A stretch of 64,000 bases of DNA from Marsupella aquatica. Lineage: Eukaryota > Plantae > Marchantiophyta. The translations under genes and the position numbers were made by a program. The DNA is taken from NCBI GenBank assembly GCA_973895155.1, contig OZ316896.1, forward strand, positions 23,518,600 through 23,582,599. The letters are read 5' to 3'. This document shows, piece after piece, positions 1-10,400 of this stretch (its first letter is position 1; every line of letters starts with the position of its first letter). The notes beneath the pieces were generated by a model. The model had not been told where the DNA came from. It ran no database searches and saw only the letters and a list, made by a program, of their open reading frames with translations.

Positions 1-1601
1 CCTCTACTAACATCTGCTTCAATTCTATCACCGCTGTGACTCGTTCGGGTGTGGGTTCGAAGTCTGCTCCTGCCTTGAGCATATTGGTTAATGGTAAAGC
101 TAGCTTGGCAAAATCCTTGATGAACCGGCGATAGTAACCAATGCTCCCAAGAAGGATCTTACATCCTTTATGTTCTTAGGTTGCATGATATCTAGCCATA
201 CTGCTAGCTTACCTTTGTCAATCTCAATGCCCTTCCTTGATACCTTGTGACCTAGTAGCACCCCCTCGGTTACTGCAAAAAAACATTTATCTGGGTGTAA
301 CTTGAGACCCACCTCTCTACATCTCATGAAGGTTTTCCTGAGGTATTTAGCATGTTTCGATGCCTTCCCGAATACTGCAAAGTCATCAATGAAGATTTCC
401 ATGAACTTTCTCAAGTAATCATGAAAAATGTTCACCATTAATCGTTGGAACATAGCTGGTGCGTTGCAGAGTCCAAACGGCATACGATTGAAGACATAGA
501 TCCCCCATTCCGTGATGAAGGCCGTCTTGATTTGGTCTTCCTGCCGAATCCTGATTTGGTTATAACCAGAGTATCCATCCATGAATGAATATAGTTCATG
601 ACTGGCTACCATGTCTAGTACCATATCAGTAAACGGTAAAGGAAAATGGTCTTTTAATGTTGCTTCATTCAGCTTCCTGTAATCCTGACAAACCCGGATC
701 TTGGTTTTACCATCGGGTCCAGCTTTCTTGGGAACTATCACAATTGGAGACACCCAGTCTGAATGCAGGACTGGAGTGATGAATCCAGCTTCCACTAGTT
801 TGTCGATTTCTGTTTTGACCAGCAGGGAATACTTCGGGTTCATCCTTCGAATTGGTTGTCGGAATGATTTGGCTCCTAACATGAGATCAATTCGATGTTC
901 CCCTAGTGTTGGATCTACTCCCTTTAGATCTTGGTGACTCCATGCAAACACATCCTGAAATTCAATCAATAAGTCACTAATCTCTTTCTCGAGCTCAGGT
1001 GCTAGGTTTCTCCCTAAGTTCAGTTCTCTTCCCTCTCCTAAGTCGAGCTTCCGATATTGCCGTGCTTGGATCATATTAATCTGCTTCTTCAAATTTGGGT
1101 CCAGTTCGGCTTCCAGTCTCTCTAATCTCATACCTCCATAAACTGGGATTTCGGCTGGACTAGCCGAGTCGGTCCCTTCCTTGGTGTCCATAGATTGTCC
1201 CCTTACCGGTCTATTCGGTTTTGAATTAGTGGTCGGCTCCCCTTCCTGCCTTGGCTCTAGATCGTGTCTGTCCATCTCATCCACCTCTTGCTCCTGAGAG
1301 TTAGGCCGCTGTGCTCTCTCGGCTTCTAATAGGGCCTCAATTTGTTCTGCCCTCGTAATCGGCTTGTATGCCGATCCCTTGGTATTTAATTCCTTGCCGA
1401 TGATCGATGGCGTTGTGAACCCTGCCGGCTCTGCCACAACGCCTGCAGAAAATTCACTGTCCCTGCTACTGCTCCCCACTTAGCCGTTTCATCCAATTGG
1501 TCTACATCCTTTACTTCCTCCGGAATTGCAGCTAAAAAGGTGGATTCTATTGTAAAGCAGTCCTCGACCTCTTCGTCTTCTTCTTCCAAGTCACCTTCCA
1601 T
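1..1601 (-). pseudogene. pol (reverse transcriptase and start of the RT-RNase H connection), frameshifted
   Basis: ORF 100-1479 has RT motifs WVSPIVIVPKK, RVCQDYRKLN, MDGYSGYNQI, MPFGLCNAP, FIDDF; frameshift near 145 (VRSFLG continues as IGYYRRFIKDF in another frame); frame changes also near 1480 and 1600. Confidence 0.9.
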
Positions 1602-4183
1602 TGGTTCTTGCCATAATCCGCTGGGGGTACCTCTGGTCCAAAGACACCTTCTTCGGTTAGGTTAGTGAGGCATTCTAACCAACGTACTTCATCGGCTGAC
1701 TCCAGTCCACTGTCGTACCCATCTACTTCCCTTATGCTTTTCCTACGGTCATCCTTAGTGTCCCAGGATACTGTGATAGAGGGGGTCCCGAAAGTGAACT
1801 GCTTTTTACCCCAATCTTCTATTACCTCGGCTAGGTACAGCCATGGCCTACCAATCAATAGCCGGAATGACGTAGGGTTTACCGGCTTCATTACTACATA
1901 GTTAATGCTAAAGAAGATACCTCCTATCTCTGTCTTGATGCCGGTTAACACTCCCGTAGGAATGACCTGATATCCATTGGCCATGTTCAACACTCTTCCA
2001 GTCATCTCCGGTGTTAGACCCCACCCTTTTGCTGTTGAATCAATCATAATACATACCCCTGATCCTCCATCGATGGGTACCCGTAGTAATAATTCTCCTT
2101 GAATCATTAATGGTAATGCTGGGGCTCCTTGATCTTCTTCTATCATTAGTACGTCGGATCTGGTTGCTACCTTGGGTAATCTCGGCTTGCCGAGAATAGC
2201 CTTCCTTAATTGCTTCCGGAAGTACGGGCTATTTTTCAATAGTTGACCTACTGTTGCCGAGACTCTAGATTCTAGTACATCTTTAGCCAGGTCATAGGGA
2301 ACAATCGGCTTCTCCTCTGGTGGTGTTTCCTTGGATTCGGCCAGTTTTGCCACGCTAGTCTCCACAGCTGTTGGGTCTTCCGAAGCAAACAATGCTTTTG
2401 CTCGTTTTACATCTTTGGCAATGGCTTCGGTATTCTCCAGGGTTTCTAATTCTCTTAGTTGTTCCTTAACACTAGCCGTAACAGAGGGGTAGAACAACTT
2501 AGGATGATCTCGATTGAAGTCGCTATCTTGTGAAGGATTGGTTTCACTGGTGGGCTCATGGCTTACCTGTATTGCCGGAGCCCTCCCTTCTCCTTCTGTT
2601 GATGTTGACGAAGAGTCGATCCTTTCCTCCGTAACCTTCCCTTTATTTTTGGCCAGCCCATCCCACCTTTCCTTCCTTCTGGTAGATCGAGTAGAGACCC
2701 GGTAGCAATCATGATCTAAATCCTCCTCTGAGAAGGTTGATAGGGCTTCGGCCTCATCATCAGATGGTACGAACTCTGCCTCGGCATCCTCTTGCCATCC
2801 TAGTTCGATGTGGTTGATTTGAACTCCTCCGGGGGTAGTACCTGGCGGTAAGATCTTGATCGGCAAAAGCTTATGATTTGCGGCCAGGGCTGCCAACCAA
2901 GTAGGACATTGCCCTAGCATATGACCTTCCTGTCGGCATCCCATACATAGCTGAGCTGGTTGTCCATCACCCTGTTTGCGTGCATTCGGGCATTCTCTAG
3001 CAAAATGGCCAGGTTGACCACAATTATAGCACGCCGCAAATCTTTGCACATTCGGCCTAGGAGGTACTGACGGGTTCTGAATAATCCGAGGATACATCTC
3101 TCCTGGATTGTTCCTTAACCCTGACCACAGAGATGCAGGTCTGTTGGATAGGTCTCGTGCTCCAACCTCACTGATGCCGAAAACACTATCAGCGGCATCT
3201 CCTAAAAAGTACTCTACTTCTCCCTGACATGGTCTGATCTCGGCCACATGCCGAACATGATTAGTATTAAGCTTAGGACACGCATCTTTATGGTGTCCGG
3301 TTTTATAACATAAGGCACACCATACAAAGCTATCCTCCTGTACTACCTTCTTCTTTGGTTTTACCTCTGCAATGATAGCCTTAAGTTGCTCGGTAAGGGC
3401 TACGATGTTATCTGGTGGCTTAGCCTCCATCTTGACTTTCATCTTCCCTCTCCTTCTGCCCTTCCTTTTCCTAGTTTTTTCTTCTTCAGAACTAGAAGAT
3501 GACTCACTCTTGCTACTCCCACTATCCGAGCTTGACTTATCACTTCTAGACTTCTTGGAATGTTTCTTCTTCTTATCTTTTTTCTTATGGGGTGATCCCT
3601 CCTCTGATGAGGAACTCTCAGACTTAAGCTGTTTCTTCCGGCTTGTGATATCTGCATTAATGTATAATTGAATATCCTTAATTGCTTCGGCTAAAGTCTC
3701 CGGGTTCTCCTTCCTAATTGCAAAACTCATCTTCTGTGGCAAAGCATTCACCAACCATTGAAGTTGCATACCTTCAGATGCATTGGTCTTTGTACGTCTT
3801 ACCAGTTTCTGAAAGCGTTGCAAGAACTTCCTGAAGGATTTGTTCTCCTTGAACCGAAGTTGTCCCAACTTCAGCACTGCTAGTTCTGAAGTTCCAATGG
3901 GTCGAAACTCCTTAACAAAGAGTGTTTTGAAGATATCCCAGATGGCTTGATCTTCCACATCTAATGCTCTGTACCAAGGCCTAGCCTCACCCTTGAACAG
4001 GCCGGGAAGAATCTGCATCTTGATGGCCGATTCTCCATTTGCTGCAGCGGTTCCCTCGAAATCATCCAACCATTCGTCTGGATCCTCATCTCCTCTCCCA
4101 TGAAATGCCTTGTAATGTATGCGCGACCGCTGGCTCAATCTGGTCCCTGACCTCTCGTCTGGTCGTGCCTCTGGTTCCCCCAT
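1547..4183 (-). CDS. Gag-protease polyprotein with three CCHC zinc knuckles
   Basis: Retrotransposon gag-like N-terminus (FHGRGDEDPDEWL); knuckles CALCYKTGHHKDAC, CYNCGQPGHFAREC, CMGCRQEGHMLGQC; aspartic protease IDGGSG ... LLIGRPWL. Confidence 0.92.
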   Translation of the reverse strand: MGEPEARPDERSGTRLSQRSRIHYKAFHGRGDEDPDEWLDDFEGTAAANGESAIKMQILPGLFKGEARPWYRALDVEDQAIWDIFKTLFVKEFRPIGTSELAVLKLGQLRFKENKSFRKFLQRFQKLVRRTKTNASEGMQLQWLVNALPQKMSFAIRKENPETLAEAIKDIQLYINADITSRKKQLKSESSSSEEGSPHKKKDKKKKHSKKSRSDKSSSDSGSSKSESSSSSEEEKTRKRKGRRRGKMKVKMEAKPPDNIVALTEQLKAIIAEVKPKKKVVQEDSFVWCALCYKTGHHKDACPKLNTNHVRHVAEIRPCQGEVEYFLGDAADSVFGISEVGARDLSNRPASLWSGLRNNPGEMYPRIIQNPSVPPRPNVQRFAACYNCGQPGHFARECPNARKQGDGQPAQLCMGCRQEGHMLGQCPTWLAALAANHKLLPIKILPPGTTPGGVQINHIELGWQEDAEAEFVPSDDEAEALSTFSEEDLDHDCYRVSTRSTRRKERWDGLAKNKGKVTEERIDSSSTSTEGEGRAPAIQVSHEPTSETNPSQDSDFNRDHPKLFYPSVTASVKEQLRELETLENTEAIAKDVKRAKALFASEDPTAVETSVAKLAESKETPPEEKPIVPYDLAKDVLESRVSATVGQLLKNSPYFRKQLRKAILGKPRLPKVATRSDVLMIEEDQGAPALPLMIQGELLLRVPIDGGSGVCIMIDSTAKGWGLTPEMTGRVLNMANGYQVIPTGVLTGIKTEIGGIFFSINYVVMKPVNPTSFRLLIGRPWLYLAEVIEDWGKKQFTFGTPSITVSWDTKDDRRKSIREVDGYDSGLESADEVRWLECLTNLTEEGVFGPEVPPADYGKNQWKVTWKKKTKRSRTALQ

Positions 4184-4422
4184 GTCGGTTGTAGACTCAC
4201 TTCTCCTTACCGACTCTTCTTCTGGTATGTCTTCTTCGACGCCACTTCCAGTTTCGGAGCTACCAGCTCTTTATGCCCCTCTCAGTCGCTGTGTATCATG
4301 CCACCCGGCGAGCTGCTGCAGTCGAGCTCTCTCCCGTTGAATCACTCTTTCTTCCCTCGGCGTAAGGTCAGTCATTACCTACGCTTCCGTTCTAACTTCA
4401 TATCTCACGGCTTAAGAAATGC

Positions 4423-4440
4423 CCCCTCCATCTAGCGCCA
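4423..4440 (-). promoter_or_regulatory. Primer binding site, probably tRNA-Asn
   Basis: Minus strand TGGCGCTAGATGGAGGGG, 4 nt after the LTR-terminal CA; resembles the complement of the plant tRNA-Asn 3' end (CCCTCCTTCTAGCGCCA, recalled) with one mismatch. Confidence 0.75.
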
Positions 4441-4444
4441 AAAA

Positions 4445-7400
4445 TGTGGTGCGTCCCATGGCTCCCTAAACCCAAGAAACCCCCCAGCTCAAGCCGATTC
4501 CCGCAGGTTTCGTGCTTGGCGAGGCCGTTTCCGCGGCTTAGCGGCATGGGACGCTGCTAACCTTCTACTACTACTATTAACATTTTACACACATATACTG
4601 GACAGATCCTTCATCGGGTCATGAGATACGTAGCCGGCCTAATATAGGCCTTTCCCTGTCTTCCCCTGTCTTCCCCTCCGTCTTGTTAGGTATGTTTGGA
4701 TTCCGCCGCCGGAATGATCCCCAATAGGCTTGGTTAAGCCGCTAAGACCTCTCTCAGCTCGACACATCCAACTCTCACTCCCCTGCTTACTTTCCTTCCT
4801 TCTGTTGATGTGGGCACTCTTCACACAAGTTAATGCGACACACAAATAGCAAAATGACTCATTCTGACTGAGTCATACCATGCACTTGCCATACAAACAG
4901 TACATCTCATACACAAGTTCTGCGAACTAAGCCGTGAGGCCAACTCTATTCAGCTCTTAGGCATGAGGAAACATGAATATACACAAGGGTCACTGTATGA
5001 CTAACCGAGAGCTTCTCATACTACTTGATCCCAGCCCGGCTGGTGCAAACTAAAAACTTGCTAAAGAAGAGGCCCTGAGCTCCCCGCTGCCCAGGTACTT
5101 ATCCTGGTAGTGGATCCGCCATTCTTTGCATCGTAAGCCTAATCTACCTGACAGTAATCTACTTGCCCGAATCTACCTATGTACAGCAAGGCAGGAACAC
5201 AAGTGTTGCTCCTACCAGTGGAACCGCAATCTCACTAAGCTAAGTGTCAGGGCCGCTCCTGGTTCTAATCCTAATCCTAAACGTGGAGATCCGCGCCCGC
5301 CCTGCCCACTCACGCCTCCTCCCTCCACGTCCGCCCTCCCTAAAAGGAACGGCGCCCTTGCACCGTCACGACACCGGTGGTGGATCCTCAATGGACGCCC
5401 CCAACACTTCCTCCTCAGCCACTGCCGTTGGCCCGCCTACTGACAGATTACCTGCCCTTGACCGAGTCAACTCTCCCTCGGCCTGACTGGGTCCACCTTC
5501 GGCTTCAGCCTCGACACCGGCCTCGGCAATACCCACGGCTTCGGCCTCAGCCACTCCCACGGCTTCGGCTTCAGCCACTCCCTCGGCTTCGGCTTCAGCC
5601 ACTCCCTCGGCTTCGGCCTCCCCTTCCCCTAGGGTAGTTGGATCCTTAGCCGTGACCCTGTCTGGGGTCGGTGCTGGGTCTACCTCCTTGATCACCACGG
5701 CCTGTGAAGTCGTATTACTCCTTGACCCTGAAGGTTTCCGCTTCTTCTTCGTTGGTGGCTCGGCAGCTGGTCCCTTCCCCTTCCCACTTACTTCCGGCAC
5801 TGGTGCAGGTGCCGCGGCTTGTCCTTCGGCAATTACCACCCCTGGTAACTGGTTTGTCCCAACGGGAGATGGACGTGCTGCAGCTAAGCATTTAAATACT
5901 GCGGCTTGTTTCTTCAGCCGCTCTGTTTGGTTGTCGGCCCGCCGCTGTAGGTTCTCCATCTTCCTCGTGATTTCCTCCAACTCCTCTTGGGTTTCATCCA
6001 GGTCCTTACGTGCCCCCTCCAGCTCGTTTTTGGCCTCCTCCTGCTCCCTGTGGGCTTCCTCCAATTCCTTCTTCAAGGTAGCCCTCTCCTCCCGGGTTGC
6101 TCTTAGCTCCTTGTCGAGCTCTGCAATGATGACAGACTCCATCTGGTTCATCTTGGCGTAAGTCTGTTCGAGCATCTCGTCCTTCTCCCTTAGGTCGGCC
6201 TTGAAGCTGGCCGTCAGGGACGCAAGCTCCTGCTGCAGCGCCATAATCCCTTGATAGGATTTCCCTAACTCGGCCTCCTTCTGCTCAAGGGCTCCGCGGA
6301 TTTTCTCGAGCTCCCCTTTCAACGCCCATTCCTTTCTTTGGGTCTCCGCCATGGCCCGGCTGTTGGCTGTTATGTGGGCCTCCTCTGTATTCTTCAGCTC
6401 TTGCTTCCACTTCTCCCTCTCTTTGATCGTGTCGGCCAACTCTTCCTGCGTCTGAGTCAGTTTATCCTTGATATTCTGATTATCAGCCTGCGCGGTGTCC
6501 AACTGCCCCTGCATGATGTTCAGCTCATGTCGTTTAATCCGCAGTTCATCTTGGGCTTTCTTGGCCGCCCTTAGATCTTCAATCTCGGCTTCCATCCTCC
6601 TAAGCTGCCGAATGACCTCGTCCTTCTTGCTTCTCTCTAAAGCCACCGCTTCTTCTAATTGGTGCTTCTCCAACTGCTCCCTATGGAAAAAGGGTCCTAC
6701 CTCCAACTCCTCTCCAAAGATGCCGAGCGCAAGTTCCCCACACATCTCACCATACTCCATGGCTCTATTCTTAGCGTAGGTGGAGTAAGTAGAAGTGATC
6801 GGCATCGCCCATCGTGGCCTCTGCTCCCAAGCCGTCCTGCGGATCTCTTCAATCGTGGCTAGAGGTTTGCTTCCTTTTTCGGCTAGCCGCCTGATGTCCT
6901 CCGGCCAATCTCCTCCTGGTAAATCCTTTTCCTTAGCCAGGGCGGCCTCCTCCTCCTGCTTGATTCGCTCCTGAAATTCCTGCACCGTCTGTTTTATGCC
7001 GTCGAAGCTCGGGGGAGCAACATCTGGTGGGGGAGACTCAGGGCTACTCTGCTGGTTGGGGTCCCCTCGCACTACCCTTGGAAGTGTGGGGACAAACCGG
7101 CCACAGGTCCTTACTCCTGGAACGTGATGGTCCGACCCATAGCCGGAATTATCATGGCTGCAGTCCTCCACTGCCTCCTCTACCTCTTGGACGTCCGGCT
7201 TCTCCCTCTCCTCTTCGTCGGTAGGAGCTTCAGGCAATTCTGCCTCAGATTCGGAGCTTGAGGTTCCCACGTACATTCGAACACCTGGCTTGGATTCCGG
7301 CCTGATTCTCTCCTTGTCTCCAGCAAAGGGGTTTTCTCTTGTGAGCCGGTGTAGGCCTACCTCTGTAGTAGTGTCCTGCATTGTTGTCGTTGCCGTTGTT

Positions 7401-9128
7401 GTTGCCGATGCCAATTTCTTTTCTTTCTCCAGTAGTTTCAGCAGACTCTGCATGCCTGGTTGCTGCATCGGCAAGTCCTCCTTCCTGGGCCTAAACACCT
7501 GCTCGATCGTAGGACTAACAGGTGGTTGAGGCTTCTCAGCCAACGGCCTCGGCGTTGGAGCTTCCTCGGGTGCCCTTACCTGCAGGGGAAGTACCGGGGC
7601 AAAAGTCTGACCTCTGGCATACCGGCACAACAGCGGCATGTGATAGCCAAGCCGCGACACGCTCCCCATGCCGATTACCTGCTGCTCCTCCTTTAAGATC
7701 TTCTTCAATTGGTTGAGGAGGTACCCGTTGTAGTCCCGGCTTGGGTCTGGCCTTTCTGCCAGATAGACCTGTGCCTTGCCGATCTCTGCCCTCGGCAAGT
7801 TACAATGCATGGTCACCCGCAAGAAGTCGATCATCTCTCCTATGTGCGGGTTGGTGCAGGTGTTCCGGAAGAAGCCATTCTTCGTTGATGGCCCGGGGAA
7901 CGACCGGAACTCCTTGTCAGGCAAGGTCTTCCTGGTATCAACTTTGGTCTTATTGCCTATCGGCAGGCCAAACACTTCGGCAATTACCTTGGGAGTAAGA
8001 TAGAAATCCTTCCCATATATCCTCGTGCAATTGGTCTCGGGTTCCCATGACCCCACGAATTCTAATAGGTCCGACTCCGGTACCTCCGGCTTCAGCCATG
8101 GTAATCTTACAAAGGCCTCCAAGCCGGATCCGGCCATGAAGCCTTGGTACTTCTTGGTCTGCATGGCCGTAAAGCATGCATCCTCCTCCCGTGCAAAATG
8201 TAGTTGCACCTCCACCGGTAGGGTTGCCGCCCAGCCCTTCCAGGTGTCATCCCTGGTTGGAATGGCCTTGATGGGATCGACCTCCTCCTCTTCGGCTTCT
8301 CCCTGCCTCCTACTCTGCTGCTCGGCTGGCTTCTTTGGTGCCGCCGACCTCGTTCTTTTTGCCGGGGTGGCTTCATCGTTGACGGCTCCCTTCCTCTTCA
8401 TCTCTGCTGCCGTGGAGGTTTCTCCTAGCACCGTTGCCTGGGTCCACCTTTCTGTGCTACCCTTTAATTCCCAGTGTATGTCGTTGCAGTTCTTGACGGC
8501 CTCTCGGATGCCGACGACGCTGTCTTTGCAAAACAGAAGATCGTCGAGTTGATTGGAAGTAGGCGTCCACAGGAACTCGTCCTTGATGAGTTCGCCTCCT
8601 AAGAAAGCCGTCTTCTGCAGCTCCCACAATCGAGCGAGCTCCTGCCGTTCTCGAGCTGCCCTTTCTGATTCCTCGTCCTCGTAAGTCTTGATGTACTCAG
8701 TTGCCCGTTCGAACAGGCATCCCCAGAAATGTACCGCTTGATTGACGTTGCTCATACCCTCCTAAGGTTGATCGTCGGTATCTACTCTCTCCCCGAGTGC
8801 TTGCCTAAGCAGCTGACAGTAGTTGGCCTCCCGTAGTCGTCTGCCTAGTTCGTGCTCGCAAATGAGCCACCATCTCCTGCAAGCGCTCCTTACCCCTCTC
8901 CTTTGCCGGTCCTTCTTCCCGTTGATCCTTCCTAGCCGCCGACGCTTAACGCGCCCTAACCCTAATCGGGTTTTCACCCTTAGCCTTACCTCCGGCCTCG
9001 GCCCGGGTTCCATGGTTGCCCCTAATTGTTTATATTTTCCTTGTTTTGTCACTATACTAAGGTGTTCCTAGGGTGCCTTCCTGCTTTACCCACTTAACCG
9101 GCCGAGTGATTCCTGTCTAGGCATCACA
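4445..9128 (-). repeat. 5' LTR, 4684 bp, containing a long ORF
   Basis: TG...CA ends; colinear end to end with the TSD-flanked copy at 14123-18890; adjacent PBS. Confidence 0.92.
5366..8755 (-). CDS. LTR-encoded 1129-aa protein: PMD/plant-transposon-like N-terminal motif plus long coiled coil; probable ancestral start at ATG 9013
   Basis: Uninterrupted ORF; LLEFVGSWEPETNCTRIYGKDFYLTPKVIAEVFGLPIG resembles the plant mobile domain pattern (W-x-PET...T..V..LGLP); E/K/L heptad region about aa 690-955; one in-frame TAG (8762-8764) separates it from an upstream basic segment starting MEPGPRP. Confidence 0.8.
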   Translation of the reverse strand: MSNVNQAVHFWGCLFERATEYIKTYEDEESERAARERQELARLWELQKTAFLGGELIKDEFLWTPTSNQLDDLLFCKDSVVGIREAVKNCNDIHWELKGSTERWTQATVLGETSTAAEMKRKGAVNDEATPAKRTRSAAPKKPAEQQSRRQGEAEEEEVDPIKAIPTRDDTWKGWAATLPVEVQLHFAREEDACFTAMQTKKYQGFMAGSGLEAFVRLPWLKPEVPESDLLEFVGSWEPETNCTRIYGKDFYLTPKVIAEVFGLPIGNKTKVDTRKTLPDKEFRSFPGPSTKNGFFRNTCTNPHIGEMIDFLRVTMHCNLPRAEIGKAQVYLAERPDPSRDYNGYLLNQLKKILKEEQQVIGMGSVSRLGYHMPLLCRYARGQTFAPVLPLQVRAPEEAPTPRPLAEKPQPPVSPTIEQVFRPRKEDLPMQQPGMQSLLKLLEKEKKLASATTTATTTMQDTTTEVGLHRLTRENPFAGDKERIRPESKPGVRMYVGTSSSESEAELPEAPTDEEEREKPDVQEVEEAVEDCSHDNSGYGSDHHVPGVRTCGRFVPTLPRVVRGDPNQQSSPESPPPDVAPPSFDGIKQTVQEFQERIKQEEEAALAKEKDLPGGDWPEDIRRLAEKGSKPLATIEEIRRTAWEQRPRWAMPITSTYSTYAKNRAMEYGEMCGELALGIFGEELEVGPFFHREQLEKHQLEEAVALERSKKDEVIRQLRRMEAEIEDLRAAKKAQDELRIKRHELNIMQGQLDTAQADNQNIKDKLTQTQEELADTIKEREKWKQELKNTEEAHITANSRAMAETQRKEWALKGELEKIRGALEQKEAELGKSYQGIMALQQELASLTASFKADLREKDEMLEQTYAKMNQMESVIIAELDKELRATREERATLKKELEEAHREQEEAKNELEGARKDLDETQEELEEITRKMENLQRRADNQTERLKKQAAVFKCLAAARPSPVGTNQLPGVVIAEGQAAAPAPVPEVSGKGKGPAAEPPTKKKRKPSGSRSNTTSQAVVIKEVDPAPTPDRVTAKDPTTLGEGEAEAEGVAEAEAEGVAEAEAVGVAEAEAVGIAEAGVEAEAEGGPSQAEGELTRSRAGNLSVGGPTAVAEEEVLGASIEDPPPVS

Positions 9129-9345
9129 GTCATCATGATATGTCATCTCGGAGAGCCTCTTCGACATGGGTCCTGACCTGACATGTCATCTCGGAGAGCC
9201 TCTCTGACATGGGTGTCGTCATGACATGTCATCTCGGAGAGCCTCTCTGACATGGGTCCCGACCTGACATGTCATCTTGGAGAGCCTCTCCGACTTAAGT
9301 CCCAATTTGACATGTCATGTCAGAGAGCTTCTTTGACATGTCCCA
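9129..9345. repeat. 43-bp tandem array carrying the CATCTCGGAGAGCCTCTCYGACATG palindrome, 5 units
   Basis: Units near 9144, 9187, 9230, 9273, 9316. Confidence 0.9.
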
Positions 9346-10169
9346 ACTTGAGACTGACCTGAGATGTCACGCGGGTACTGTATATTTTTTGGAATCAAAT
9401 CCGGTCGTTGAACAATCTCACTCATTAATACCAAGTAATGATAGGAAATCTTATCTGGTCTGGAATCAATATACCAAGGACATTATGGCGTGAAGGGGTA
9501 ATAATGATGAAAGCATCTGTACAGGTACTTGAGTGTTGCAACTCTGACATGAGTCAAATCCGGGCATTCATCATTATCAGAGTACGAGTACGAAGAAGCC
9601 AATAACCGGCTAACATGTCAACTTCCTCCCATGGCCCCTACCACCTGTAATGAATGAGTGGCCCCATAGATCTCCCGTTGCTTGGATGGGACTCGACCTG
9701 CGTGACGGCGGTAGTGAATTCAGTTATGATGCCCCTAGATCTTTTGTTGCCTAATGATGATGATTAATCCACCCTTGTCCCCTCCGTCTCTCGCCTTTGC
9801 TTCTTAGATGGACTATGGCTATCATTTGATTATCTTTTGCTCTAAGCTCCTGAGCGTGCAAGTGCAGGTGCGTCTGCGAATTTGGCTCTCGGTGCGATTC
9901 AGTGCGCCTTAGTTGTTTTGCAATCTTGCCCTCCCCGCGCGCTGTGCCTATGTGCCTTAGTTGCAGTCAATTGAGTGTGCCTTACTTGCTGTGCGATCTT
10001 TCCCTCTCCGCGCATTGTAGATTGAGCTCAGGTGTGGTGCAAGTGCGAGTGCGCTATAGATTTTGCTGAGGTTTAGGGTGCAAGTGTGGTGCAATCAAGA
10101 GTTGTGTGAGTGCGTTTGTGGATTGAGTTCTCGATGCGATTGAGTGCGCTGAGAGGTTTAGGAAGCAGT

Positions 10170-10400
10170 GCGATTGAGTGTTGAGCTATGGGCGGTGCGA
10201 GTGCAAGTGTTGTGCGACTGCCAATGATTGAGTGCTGTGAGCTATGGGCGGTGCGAGTGCAAGTGCTGTGCGACTGCCAGTGATTGAGTGCTGAGAGCTG
10301 TGGGCGGTGTGAGTGCAAGTGCTGTGCGACTGCCAGTGATTGGCTGCTGAGAGCTGTGGGCGGTGTGAGTGCAAGTGCTGTGCGACTACCGATGACTAAG
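10170..10400. repeat. 56-bp tandem repeat, about 4 units
   Basis: CTRTGGGCGGTG recurs at 10186, 10242, 10298, 10354. Confidence 0.9.

Larger units (their letters stand above)
1..9128 (-). mobile_element. Ty3/gypsy LTR retrotransposon, Tat-like; 5' LTR, PBS, gag-PR and RT present, 3' part runs off the window
   Basis: Order gag-PR-RT on minus strand; LTR begins TGTGATGCC (9128) and ends CACCACA (4445); PBS 4 nt downstream; protease motif IDGGSG. Confidence 0.92.

Noticed and set aside
5366-8755. Retroviral env gene or host SMC/myosin gene
   Set aside because: No signal peptide or transmembrane segment, no ATPase motifs; lies inside an LTR
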